Shown here: piece after piece, positions 28,098 to 35,417 of the stretch
How the letters are laid out: the number at the start of each line of letters is the position of its first letter
Position numbering within the stretch: the stretch's first letter is position 1
Virus record (IMG/VR): IMGVR_UViG_2859180793_000001
Span: 66,529 to 107,860 of that record
Length of the DNA: 41,332 nucleotides
Source of the DNA: a virus
Taxonomy: Duplodnaviria; Heunggongvirae; Uroviricota; Caudoviricetes
Direction: 5' to 3' (one strand)
Notes under the pieces: generated by a model
What the model saw: only the letters and a program-made list of their open reading frames with translations
What the model was told of the DNA's origin: nothing
Database searches by the model: none
Program-made: the position numbers and the translations under genes

Positions 28098-28142
28098 AAT
28101 AGTCAGCGCTGACTTGATATAGAGGATGTTTCACCATAGAAT
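28098..28142 (+). promoter_or_regulatory. Palindromic operator copy 7 overlapping the lysis promoter TTGATA-N17-TAGAAT
   Basis: Core AGTCA-GCGC-TGACT at 28101-28114; -35 at 28114-28119; -10 at 28137-28142. Confidence 0.8.
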
Positions 28143-28184
28143 GCGCCTCTGGCCCTTTGCGAGAGAGCGACGAAGGATAAGGAC

Positions 28185-28538
28185 ATGGAACACGAAGGCA
28201 CCATCATCATGACCAATCGCGCCGCTCTTGAGCAGCAGATGGATGAAGTCCGAAGCGACGTGCGGGAAATGCGCGCGTCGATGGCAAAGATCGCCGAGGC
28301 GATTACGCGCCTGGCAGTCCTCGAAGAACGTCACCTGTCCACCGCCGCGCGCCTCGACAAGATCGAGAGCCGGCAGCGCGACTCCGAGAGCAAGGTCTCG
28401 GAGCTGGACAAGACCCAGATCAAATACATCGCAACCCTCGACGGCATTACCAAGACCGTCCGCATCTTGTGGGTGGTCGGCGGGGCAGGGGTGCTGGCAA
28501 TGATCGCCGGCTACGCTAAACACGCTTTCGGAGTGTAG
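28185..28538 (+). CDS. Membrane protein of the lysis cassette (coiled coil plus C-terminal TM; holin/antiholin-like)
   Basis: Heptad-rich N-terminus and hydrophobic ILWVVGGAGVLAMIAGY; first gene after the lysis promoter. Confidence 0.55.
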   Translation: MEHEGTIIMTNRAALEQQMDEVRSDVREMRASMAKIAEAITRLAVLEERHLSTAARLDKIESRQRDSESKVSELDKTQIKYIATLDGITKTVRILWVVGGAGVLAMIAGYAKHAFGV

Positions 28539-28541
28539 TAA

Positions 28542-28859
28542 ATGCTGACTATGCAGAAAATCCAACGCTGGTTCAAGTCGTTCTTCGACTTCCGTCTGCT
28601 CCTGCTGATCGGTCCAGCCAGCTACATGCTGGCCACCGACATGCCGGTATTCAAGACCCTCCTGTATTCCATCAGCGCCATGCTGCTCATCGTCGGCGTC
28701 GCCCACTGGCTGCGTCAGGTGGTGATGCACTACGTGGAGCTGGGCGACCTGATCGACTCTGCACGCCGTGACCCGATGGCGTCTGCCGTCGTGGTGCTCG
28801 CGGTATGCCTGTTCATGTCGGTGCTGGTCGGCGGCATGATCTGGTGGGTGCGCGGCTGA
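28542..28859 (+). CDS. Putative holin
   Basis: 105 aa with three hydrophobic segments, immediately upstream of the endolysin; alternative start at 28551. Confidence 0.65.
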   Translation: MLTMQKIQRWFKSFFDFRLLLLIGPASYMLATDMPVFKTLLYSISAMLLIVGVAHWLRQVVMHYVELGDLIDSARRDPMASAVVVLAVCLFMSVLVGGMIWWVRG

Positions 28860-29482
28860 TGCTGCCCAACCTGGCGCACCTCTATGTGCCGCTGCTGACG
28901 GCCCAGGTGCTGGCCTTCTGGCCAACCATGCCCGCACCTTCGACGCTGGCCGCTCAGATCGAGCAGGAGACGTGCGTCAGCCTCACCCACGCGAAGTGCT
29001 GGAACCCGAAGGCGGAACTGAAAACGACCCGCGAATACGGGTTCGGCCTTGGGCAGCTCACTGTCACGCCGAAGTTCAATAACTTCGAAGCCGCGAAGAC
29101 CTGGGACAAGTCCCTCGCCAGCTGGAAGTGGGAGCAGCGCTTTGACCCGACCATGCAGCTGCGCGCTCTGGTGATCTATGACCGCAATCTCTACACCGCC
29201 GTAGGGCCTGCCGCGACCGAGATGGATCGACTCGCCTTCATGTTCAGCGCCTACAACGGCGGCCTGGGCGGGGTGAACAAGGATCGCCAGGTCTGCCGTC
29301 ATACGCCAGGCTGCGATCCGGCTCGCTGGTTCGGCCACGTCGAGCAGCACAGCTTCCGCGCGCGCACCGCCGTGCATGGCTACGGCCAGAGCTTCTTCGA
29401 CATTAATCGCGGCTACGTGCGGAACATCCTCTACGTGCGTCGCCAGCGCTACCTGTTTCTGGACCAGAAGGACAGCCGATGA
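28859..29482 (+). CDS. Endolysin, lytic transglycosylase (SLT-like)
   Basis: ATG at 28859 overlaps the upstream TGA; AAQIEQET (catalytic Glu), GFGLGQL and SAYNGG motifs. Confidence 0.85.
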   Translation: MLPNLAHLYVPLLTAQVLAFWPTMPAPSTLAAQIEQETCVSLTHAKCWNPKAELKTTREYGFGLGQLTVTPKFNNFEAAKTWDKSLASWKWEQRFDPTMQLRALVIYDRNLYTAVGPAATEMDRLAFMFSAYNGGLGGVNKDRQVCRHTPGCDPARWFGHVEQHSFRARTAVHGYGQSFFDINRGYVRNILYVRRQRYLFLDQKDSR

Positions 29483-30012
29483 AGAACCTGATGCTCGCGC
29501 TCATCGCCGGCCTGCTGGTCGGCGGGGCGGCAGGCTATTACACGAAGGGCCAGTTCGAAATGGCAAAGGAAGCGACGCAGCTGCGTGCCGACAAGAAGGA
29601 GTCCGCGCGCGGCGTCATCGCATCAACCGCCGCAAACCACGCGCTCGAACAGAAGGTCGATGCCAGCGACAAGGCCGTCACCGCCGTTCAGAAGGCCGTG
29701 GCCAAGCAACTGGCCAAACCTGTGAAGAGGAAAGACGCCCATGAAGAATCCGCTCAGTGCGTGCTGCCTGCTGGCGACGCTGCTTTGCCTTTCACTGTCG
29801 GCACTGTCCGGCTGCTCAACGCCGCCCGCGAAGGGGTCGCTGTGGATGCCGCCGCCGTCGTCGATGGAGAGAGCCAAGCCCCTGCCGACCTTGCGGTTGC
29901 CGAGTTCGTCGACAACGACCTCGAAGTAGTGCGGCTGTATCACGAGCTGGCGGCCAAGCATGATGCCTTGGTCGAGGCAGTGGAAAAGAAGCTCAAGGAG
30001 CAGGCTGAATAA
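29479..30012 (+). CDS. Rz: i-spanin (Rz-like)
   Basis: N-terminal TM followed by a coiled coil; follows the endolysin; contains an embedded lipoprotein gene. Confidence 0.75.
   Translation: MKNLMLALIAGLLVGGAAGYYTKGQFEMAKEATQLRADKKESARGVIASTAANHALEQKVDASDKAVTAVQKAVAKQLAKPVKRKDAHEESAQCVLPAGDAALPFTVGTVRLLNAAREGVAVDAAAVVDGESQAPADLAVAEFVDNDLEVVRLYHELAAKHDALVEAVEKKLKEQAE
29741..29929 (+). CDS. Rz1: o-spanin (Rz1-like lipoprotein) embedded in Rz
   Basis: Signal peptide MKNPLSACCLLATLLCLSLSA, lipobox LSGC, Pro-rich mature part; fully nested in the +1 frame of Rz. Confidence 0.75.
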   Translation: MKNPLSACCLLATLLCLSLSALSGCSTPPAKGSLWMPPPSSMERAKPLPTLRLPSSSTTTSK

Positions 30013-30028
30013 GCCTGCTTTTTCGTTT
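29999..30028 (+). terminator. Intrinsic terminator closing the late/lysis operon
   Basis: AGCAGGCT-gaata-AGCCTGCT 8-bp stem followed by TTTTCGTTT. Confidence 0.75.
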
Positions 30029-30051
30029 ACCCCAACCTACCTTTCCAACCC

Positions 30052-31389
30052 ATGACGGACACGAAGGCCGATCTGAGCCGCTTCATCAGCGTCTACAACG
30101 ACCTGGCAAACTACCCGACGATGTATGACGTGGCAAACGAGCTTGGCATCAGCGTCAAGACCGTGCGCAACAAAGCCGGTTTCCTGCGCACGCTCTCGCG
30201 TGACGACCCCAAGGCACCGAAGGTCATCATGCGTGCGCCCGTCAACGACAACCCCATGTCGGAAGACGCCTCCAAGTTCATGGAGCACTGGGGGCCTGAC
30301 GAGTGCGTGGCGGAGCTGCGCCGCGTGGCCGAGATCGATCCGGAGCGTGTCGTCACCCGGAACCACTTCCGCAACCACAGCGCCATTTCGGAGTCGACCT
30401 GGAACCGCTTCTTCGGCACGTTCGAAGAGTTCAAGCGCCAGGCCGGCATCAAGCTCTCCCGCCAGCAGCACGGCATGGAGCGCAACATCGCCAAACACGC
30501 CAGCGTCGACCACTACCGCCGGATGAACATCGAGCGGCAGGACTGGGCAGACCGCTACGTCCGCGACAACCCGAACCGGTTCAAGACCGTCCTGGTGTGC
30601 TCTGACCTCCACGACATTGAGATTGACCCGTTCTACCTGCGTGTCCTGATTGACACGGCCCGCCGCGTGCAGCCGGACGTGATCTCCCTGGTGGGCGACA
30701 TTTTCGACCTGCCCGAGTTCGGCAAGTATGGCGTCGACCCGCGCGAGTGGGATGTGGTTGGCCGCATCCGCTTCGCCCACGAGCACATCCTGCGGCCGCT
30801 GCGCGAGGCATGCCCCGAGACCCAGATCGACTTCATTGAGGGCAACCACGAGGCGCGTCTGCTGCGTCAGCTGGCAGATGCCACGCCGGCCCTGCGCGCG
30901 GTGCTGTCGGACCTGCACGGCTTCACGGTCGGCAAGCTGCTGGGCCTGGAGCAGTTCGAGATCAACTACATCGCCAAGGCGGACCTGTCTGCCTGGACCA
31001 AGCGCGACTTTGAGAAGGAGTTGGCCAACAACTACAAGGTCTACTTCGACACGTTCCTGTGCCACCACTTTCCGCATGCCCGCAACATGGGGCTGCCTGG
31101 CGTGAATGGCCACCATCACCGGCATCAGGTCTGGAGCGAGTTCAGCCCGATCTACGGCCCCTACGAGTGGCATCAGCTGGGTGCTGGCCACGTGCGCTCG
31201 GCGTCCTACTGCGAAGGAGAGCGCTGGCACAACGGCTTCGCGGTTGTGAACATCGACACGGAGAAGCACAGCACGGCCATCGACTATGTGCCCGTGACGG
31301 ACTTCGCTGTGTCGGGCGGCAAGTGGTATTACCGGGCGCCATCCGAATCGCACGCTTCGGTGCAGGAGCCCATCCTCGTCGCGCGCTGA
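30052..31389 (+). CDS. HTH-fused calcineurin-like metallophosphoesterase
   Basis: N-terminal TMYDVANELGISVKTVRNK helix-turn-helix; SDLH, GDIFD, GNHE and GHHH metal-binding motifs. Confidence 0.8.
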   Translation: MTDTKADLSRFISVYNDLANYPTMYDVANELGISVKTVRNKAGFLRTLSRDDPKAPKVIMRAPVNDNPMSEDASKFMEHWGPDECVAELRRVAEIDPERVVTRNHFRNHSAISESTWNRFFGTFEEFKRQAGIKLSRQQHGMERNIAKHASVDHYRRMNIERQDWADRYVRDNPNRFKTVLVCSDLHDIEIDPFYLRVLIDTARRVQPDVISLVGDIFDLPEFGKYGVDPREWDVVGRIRFAHEHILRPLREACPETQIDFIEGNHEARLLRQLADATPALRAVLSDLHGFTVGKLLGLEQFEINYIAKADLSAWTKRDFEKELANNYKVYFDTFLCHHFPHARNMGLPGVNGHHHRHQVWSEFSPIYGPYEWHQLGAGHVRSASYCEGERWHNGFAVVNIDTEKHSTAIDYVPVTDFAVSGGKWYYRAPSESHASVQEPILVAR

Positions 31390-31405
31390 CCTTTCTTATA
31401 GTTAG

Positions 31406-31427
31406 ATAGTCAGCATTGACTTACAAT
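31406..31427 (+). promoter_or_regulatory. Palindromic operator copy 8 followed by -10-like TACAAT
   Basis: Core AGTCA-GCAT-TGACT at 31408-31421; TACAAT at 31422-31427, the same geometry as copy 4. Confidence 0.75.
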
Positions 31428-31461
31428 GGGGCTTTCCAACCTAATCGACGGGAAGCCCCTC

Positions 31462-32244
31462 ATGGCCCGCAAACACCAGTCGCAGCAAAAGAAGCGCAAC
31501 GCGCGGCGCGCTCAAGACACGCACGAGGGACTGCATCGCCAGGCTGAAGCCTACGAAGCCATGCATCAGCAGAAGGAGCGGATCGACACCCGTCCGATCG
31601 AGCCGCAGAACGACGCCCAGCGTCGCTACATCAACGCCATTTCTCACTTCCAGCTCACCTTCGCAACCGGCCCTGCTGGCACCGGTAAAACCTGGCTGGC
31701 CGCTGCCCTTGCAGCTGCCGCGCTGAAAGACGGTCGCATCGAGAAGGTCATCATCACGCGACCGGCAGTGGAGGCGGGCGAGAATCTGGGCTTCCTGCCT
31801 GGAGAAATCGAGGACAAGTTCGACCCATTCCTCCAGCCATTCAAGGACGTGCTGAACGAGCGCCTGGGCAAGTCCCACGTCGAATACCTGATCCGTGCCG
31901 GCCGCATCGAGGCGGCTCCCCTGGCATACATGCGAGGCCGCACGTTCAAGAACGCCATCGTCATCCTCGACGAGGCGCAGAACACCACCCCGACGCAGAT
32001 GAAGATGTTCCTGACCCGCATCGGGGAGGGCACCAAGGTGATCGTCAACGGCGACCTGGCACAGAAGGACGTGCGAGGCGAGAGCGGGCTCGAAGATGCC
32101 GTGGCCCGCCTGTCGTTCATCCCTGCCGTCAAGCACGTGCGGTTCACCAGCCGCGACATTGTGCGCTCGGGCCTGGTGCAGGAGATCGTCTCGGCCTACG
32201 ACGCCCCGAAGCCTTCCAACGAACCGCTGCCGCTCGCAGCATAA
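31462..32244 (+). CDS. phoH: PhoH family ATPase
   Basis: GPAGTGKT Walker [42 protein letters not shown] and RSGLV are the PhoH signature. Likely start 31462, because ATG 31426 overlaps the -10 element. Confidence 0.93.
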   Translation: MARKHQSQQKKRNARRAQDTHEGLHRQAEAYEAMHQQKERIDTRPIEPQNDAQRRYINAISHFQLTFATGPAGTGKTWLAAALAAAALKDGRIEKVIITRPAVEAGENLGFLPGEIEDKFDPFLQPFKDVLNERLGKSHVEYLIRAGRIEAAPLAYMRGRTFKNAIVILDEAQNTTPTQMKMFLTRIGEGTKVIVNGDLAQKDVRGESGLEDAVARLSFIPAVKHVRFTSRDIVRSGLVQEIVSAYDAPKPSNEPLPLAA

Positions 32245-32252
32245 GGACTGAC

Positions 32253-32480
32253 ATGGATAACCAACACCGCAAGATCGCCGGCTACCGCGAACTGTCGCAG
32301 GCTGAAATCGACCAGATGAACAGCATCAAGGCGCTCGGCGCACAGGTGGGCGAAGCGATTCAAGCCCTGAAGGCGATGCCGGGTCTGGACCAACGGGCCG
32401 TTGCGATCGGCATGACTGAGATCCAGACGGGCTTCATGTGGCTGATCCGGGGCATCACGCAACCGGCGAGCTTCGCATGA
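32253..32480 (+). CDS. acb2: Acb2-like anti-CBASS cyclic-oligonucleotide sponge
   Basis: [26 protein letters not shown]...[24 protein letters not shown] closely follows Pseudomonas phage Acb2 as recalled ([26 protein letters not shown]...[24 protein letters not shown]), with Y11 and K26 conserved. Confidence 0.85.
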   Translation: MDNQHRKIAGYRELSQAEIDQMNSIKALGAQVGEAIQALKAMPGLDQRAVAIGMTEIQTGFMWLIRGITQPASFA

Positions 32481-32657
32481 TGGACGTGCGGCCGATGGAG
32501 CGCCTGCCGAAGGCGTAACGCAGGACGGGGGCGGGTTCGCTCCCGTGACTTGGGTTCCACAGCGCGGGGTCTTGGGTATCCCGCGCATTCCCGTCAAATA
32601 CAACTACAACAACACAACAATGAACATGTGCAAGTTTGCTTTTACGGAGCCGAGAGG
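32481..32657 (+). ncRNA. Candidate structured intergenic RNA/leader
   Basis: Non-coding gap of about 177 nt with 9-bp hairpins at 32525-32546 and 32562-32586 and an A/C-rich tract at 32596-32625. Confidence 0.35.
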
Positions 32658-33389
32658 ATGACCCAAGCAGTAGCCCAAGAACCCAAGCTCGCGGAATGGT
32701 TCGGCGAGTTCTACGGGCACGACCTTCATTTCCTGCACTGCGAAGTGCTGGCCATCCAGAACATCCCCGCGAAGCTCCTGAAGAAGGAGCCGGAACTGCA
32801 CGCGACGCGCTGGTTCGATTACCGCCGGATGCACCCGACAAAGGCCACCTATCTGTTCTATGCCATGTATGTGCGCGCCTACCGGGACTTCATCACCAAG
32901 ACTCGCGATCGCGGCATGGGCTCGGGCATCCTGCCGTTCAAGGGCGTCAAGGGCGACTTCATGAACGCGAAGGAGAAACAAGCGCTCTGGCGGCTGCGTC
33001 AGGTGGCTGACAGCCTGGGCCTGCGCTACGACTTCTTCCTGCGCTTTGCGATGAACTGGAAGATCGAGCACAACTGGCACCACGTCCCGCGACCGGCCCA
33101 CCTGGCCGCGAACGAGGAGATGCTGGCCGACTGCATGCTCGCGTGGGAGCAGGAGTGCAGGAACAGCCTCCAGCTGTGCAAGGACGAACGCTACCTGGCG
33201 CAGAACTTCTTCGGCCACGCCGACCAGCTCGCCTATGAAGCGTTCATCGTCGGGCAGATCAAGACGCGGGCGCATCCAAAGTATTCGCTGCACGCTGCGC
33301 TCTATACGCACGGTGTGCTGCGCATCGAGGCGGCCCTGACGCACTTCTCGCGGGATCAGGTCGAAGCAGCCCTGTCGCTCGCTGAATAA
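32658..33389 (+). CDS. Hypothetical protein upstream of the replication genes
   Basis: ATG at 32658 after GAGAGG; 243 aa with phage-like codon usage; no family recognised. Confidence 0.7.
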   Translation: MTQAVAQEPKLAEWFGEFYGHDLHFLHCEVLAIQNIPAKLLKKEPELHATRWFDYRRMHPTKATYLFYAMYVRAYRDFITKTRDRGMGSGILPFKGVKGDFMNAKEKQALWRLRQVADSLGLRYDFFLRFAMNWKIEHNWHHVPRPAHLAANEEMLADCMLAWEQECRNSLQLCKDERYLAQNFFGHADQLAYEAFIVGQIKTRAHPKYSLHAALYTHGVLRIEAALTHFSRDQVEAALSLAE

Positions 33390-33393
33390 CATA

Positions 33394-33412
33394 AGTCAAC
33401 ACTGACTATAAT
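33394..33412 (+). promoter_or_regulatory. Palindromic operator copy 9 overlapping a perfect -10 TATAAT
   Basis: Core AGTCA-ACAC-TGACT at 33394-33407; TATAAT at 33407-33412. Confidence 0.75.
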
Positions 33413-33461
33413 GAGTGAGTCGACGCTGAGAGCGTCTTTTGTCCAAATCAGGAGAGATTGC

Positions 33462-33911
33462 ATGTTGTCCACCACCGAAGCAGAACGTCAGGCCCAAATC
33501 GCAGAAGGCGCTCGCTTGGCGCGCAGCGAGGGCGAGTCGTTTGGTAGCTTCACTCGCCGCTCCGGCACGCTGTCCGTGCGCCGCAATCCCGATCGCGCCG
33601 ATCGCGCCGATCGCCCAGTTCGCACCGGCGGCTTTGCCCCGCGTGCCAAGTCGGCTGGCGCCGTGAAAGGGCACGAAGCGTTCCTCAAGGCCCTCGAAAC
33701 ATCTGGCGCCAGTATCACGGTGCTGATGGCCAGCGACGAAGAGCCGATCACCGGCAAGGTCAAGACCTCCGACAAGTTCACGGTGTCGCTGGAGACAGCC
33801 GACGGCACCTGGGTGCTGTTCAAGCACGACATTAGCCGCTTCAAGCCGCTCACGCCGCGCCCTGGCAAGGAAGCCGGCACGGCACAGAGCGCTGACGAGG
33901 ATCAAGCCTGA
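33462..33911 (+). CDS. hfq: Hfq-like Sm-fold RNA-binding protein with an Arg-rich N-terminal extension
   Basis: ATG at 33462 after AGGAGAG. HEAFLKAL...ITGKVKTSDKFTVSL...WVLFKHDISRFKP aligns by eye with Hfq Sm1 (FLNAL...GQIESFDQFVILL) and Sm2 (VYKHAIS). Confidence 0.75.
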   Translation: MLSTTEAERQAQIAEGARLARSEGESFGSFTRRSGTLSVRRNPDRADRADRPVRTGGFAPRAKSAGAVKGHEAFLKALETSGASITVLMASDEEPITGKVKTSDKFTVSLETADGTWVLFKHDISRFKPLTPRPGKEAGTAQSADEDQA

Positions 33912-35338
33912 TGAGCGCAGCGGCCGACATTCCGCGCACGGCGGAAGAATCGGTAGCCGCAATGGTCGGCACCTCCTTCACGGGCGGTGCCGGCTCGCCG
34001 GCTGCCGAACCCGCCGCCGAAGCGCACGAAGTCCCCAAGTTCGAATTCGACGAGGAGTTTCAGACGCGCATTGCCACCCTCGCGGTGCGTGATGGCGAAT
34101 TCATGCGTCGTGCCTCGCACCTGTTGAAGCCGGAATACTTCGAGAACGCTGGCCAGGCCGCGCTGGTGAATATCACGCTGCGCTACCTGAGCAAGTATGG
34201 GCAAATCCCCAGCCTGCCGGCGTTCGCAATGCTGCTCAAGGATGCGCGGGACTCAAAGGCACTGCGGGAAGCCGAAGTGCGCGAATGTGCGGCGCAGCTG
34301 AGGGTCATCAAGGACGCTTCGCTGGCAGACCGCGAATACGTCGAGGACAAGCTCTCGCAGTGGTGCCGCAACCAGGCCGTCAGCCAAGCGATCCTGGATT
34401 CGGTGAGCCTGCTGGAGCGCCAGGAGTTCGGCAAGATCGAGAAGCTGATCAAGACGGCGGTCGACGTTGGCATCAGCGAGGACGGCGAGGAATACGACTT
34501 CTTTGCCAAGATCGAGGAGCGCACGGACGAGCGCCTGGACAAGGCGGCGGGCAAGATGCCGCCGACCGGCGTTACGACCGGCGTGCTCAAGATGGACGAA
34601 ATCCTCTACCACAAGGGCTGGGGCAAGAAGGAACTCACGTCGATCATGGGCGGTGCGAAGGCCGGTAAGACGACCGCGCTGATCAACTTCGCCAAGAACG
34701 CCTCGCTGGCAGGTAAGAACGTGCTCTACGTCACGCTCGAAGTGGCTGCGCGGATCATTGCAGAGCGTCTTGATGCGTCCGTCTCGGACAACCTCATCAA
34801 GGAGCTGGGCAAGAACATCCACGACGTGCGCACCAAGATTGAGGCGTTGCAGAAGCGGGCTGGAAAGCTGCTGTTGCGCGAGTATCCGTCGGGCACGTTC
34901 ACGCCCAACATGCTGCGTGCGCTGCTGGAACGCTACAAGTCGCAAGGCATCGTGTTCGACCTGGTGGTGGTCGACTACGCGGACATTATGGCGCCGAACT
35001 TCCGCTTCAACGACCCGATCGAGAACTCCAAGTCGGTGTATGTGGATCTGCGCGCTATTGCCTTCGAGTTCAACGTGGCGATGCTGACCGCGACGCAGAC
35101 CAACCGTGAAGGCTACAAGTCGACGGTCGCGAAGGCCGAACACGTAGCGGAAGACTTCAACAAGGTCCGCACGGTCGACCTGATGATCTCCATTAACGTC
35201 ACCGAAGAGGAGCGGGCGAAGGGCGAAGCGCGGCTGTATTTCGCAGCCTCGCGTAACCAGGAATCCGGCTTCACCATCTTCATCAAGCAGGACTTGGCCA
35301 AGATGAAGTTCATCGAGTCCATCTTGCGCGTCGAGTAG
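33911..35338 (+). CDS. dnaB: DnaB-like replicative helicase (SF4)
   Basis: GGAKAGKTT Walker A, YVTLE, VVDYAD and TATQTNR motifs. Confidence 0.9.
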   Translation: MSAAADIPRTAEESVAAMVGTSFTGGAGSPAAEPAAEAHEVPKFEFDEEFQTRIATLAVRDGEFMRRASHLLKPEYFENAGQAALVNITLRYLSKYGQIPSLPAFAMLLKDARDSKALREAEVRECAAQLRVIKDASLADREYVEDKLSQWCRNQAVSQAILDSVSLLERQEFGKIEKLIKTAVDVGISEDGEEYDFFAKIEERTDERLDKAAGKMPPTGVTTGVLKMDEILYHKGWGKKELTSIMGGAKAGKTTALINFAKNASLAGKNVLYVTLEVAARIIAERLDASVSDNLIKELGKNIHDVRTKIEALQKRAGKLLLREYPSGTFTPNMLRALLERYKSQGIVFDLVVVDYADIMAPNFRFNDPIENSKSVYVDLRAIAFEFNVAMLTATQTNREGYKSTVAKAEHVAEDFNKVRTVDLMISINVTEEERAKGEARLYFAASRNQESGFTIFIKQDLAKMKFIESILRVE

Positions 35339-35350
35339 CGCAGGCAAGAG

Positions 35351-35375
35351 TGCAGGGGACGGTCTGTCCCCTGCA
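35351..35375. other. Perfect 10-bp inverted repeat between helicase and primase
   Basis: TGCAGGGGAC-ggtct-GTCCCCTGCA, followed by a small GATGC-gta-GCATC hairpin. Confidence 0.45.
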
Positions 35376-35417
35376 TGCGATGCGTAGCATCACAGTATTG
35401 AATCGAAGTGATTGAAC

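Noticed and set aside
28859-28950. SAR (signal-arrest-release) segment on the endolysin
   Set aside because: The N-terminus is only moderately hydrophobic and Pro-rich, without a clear Gly/Ala-rich TM helix; not supportable by eye.
32497-32524. GGAG...GCCGAAGGCGTAAC...CAGG resembling part of a glycine riboswitch
   Set aside because: Too short to form the aptamer's stems; the similarity is limited to a few conserved-looking words and cannot be supported without a covariance-model search.
32525-32546. GGGTTCGCTCCC resembling a tRNA T-arm
   Set aside because: The loop is not the canonical 7-nt TTCRANY, and no acceptor stem, D-arm or anticodon arm could be built around it; kept only as part of the structured RNA candidate.
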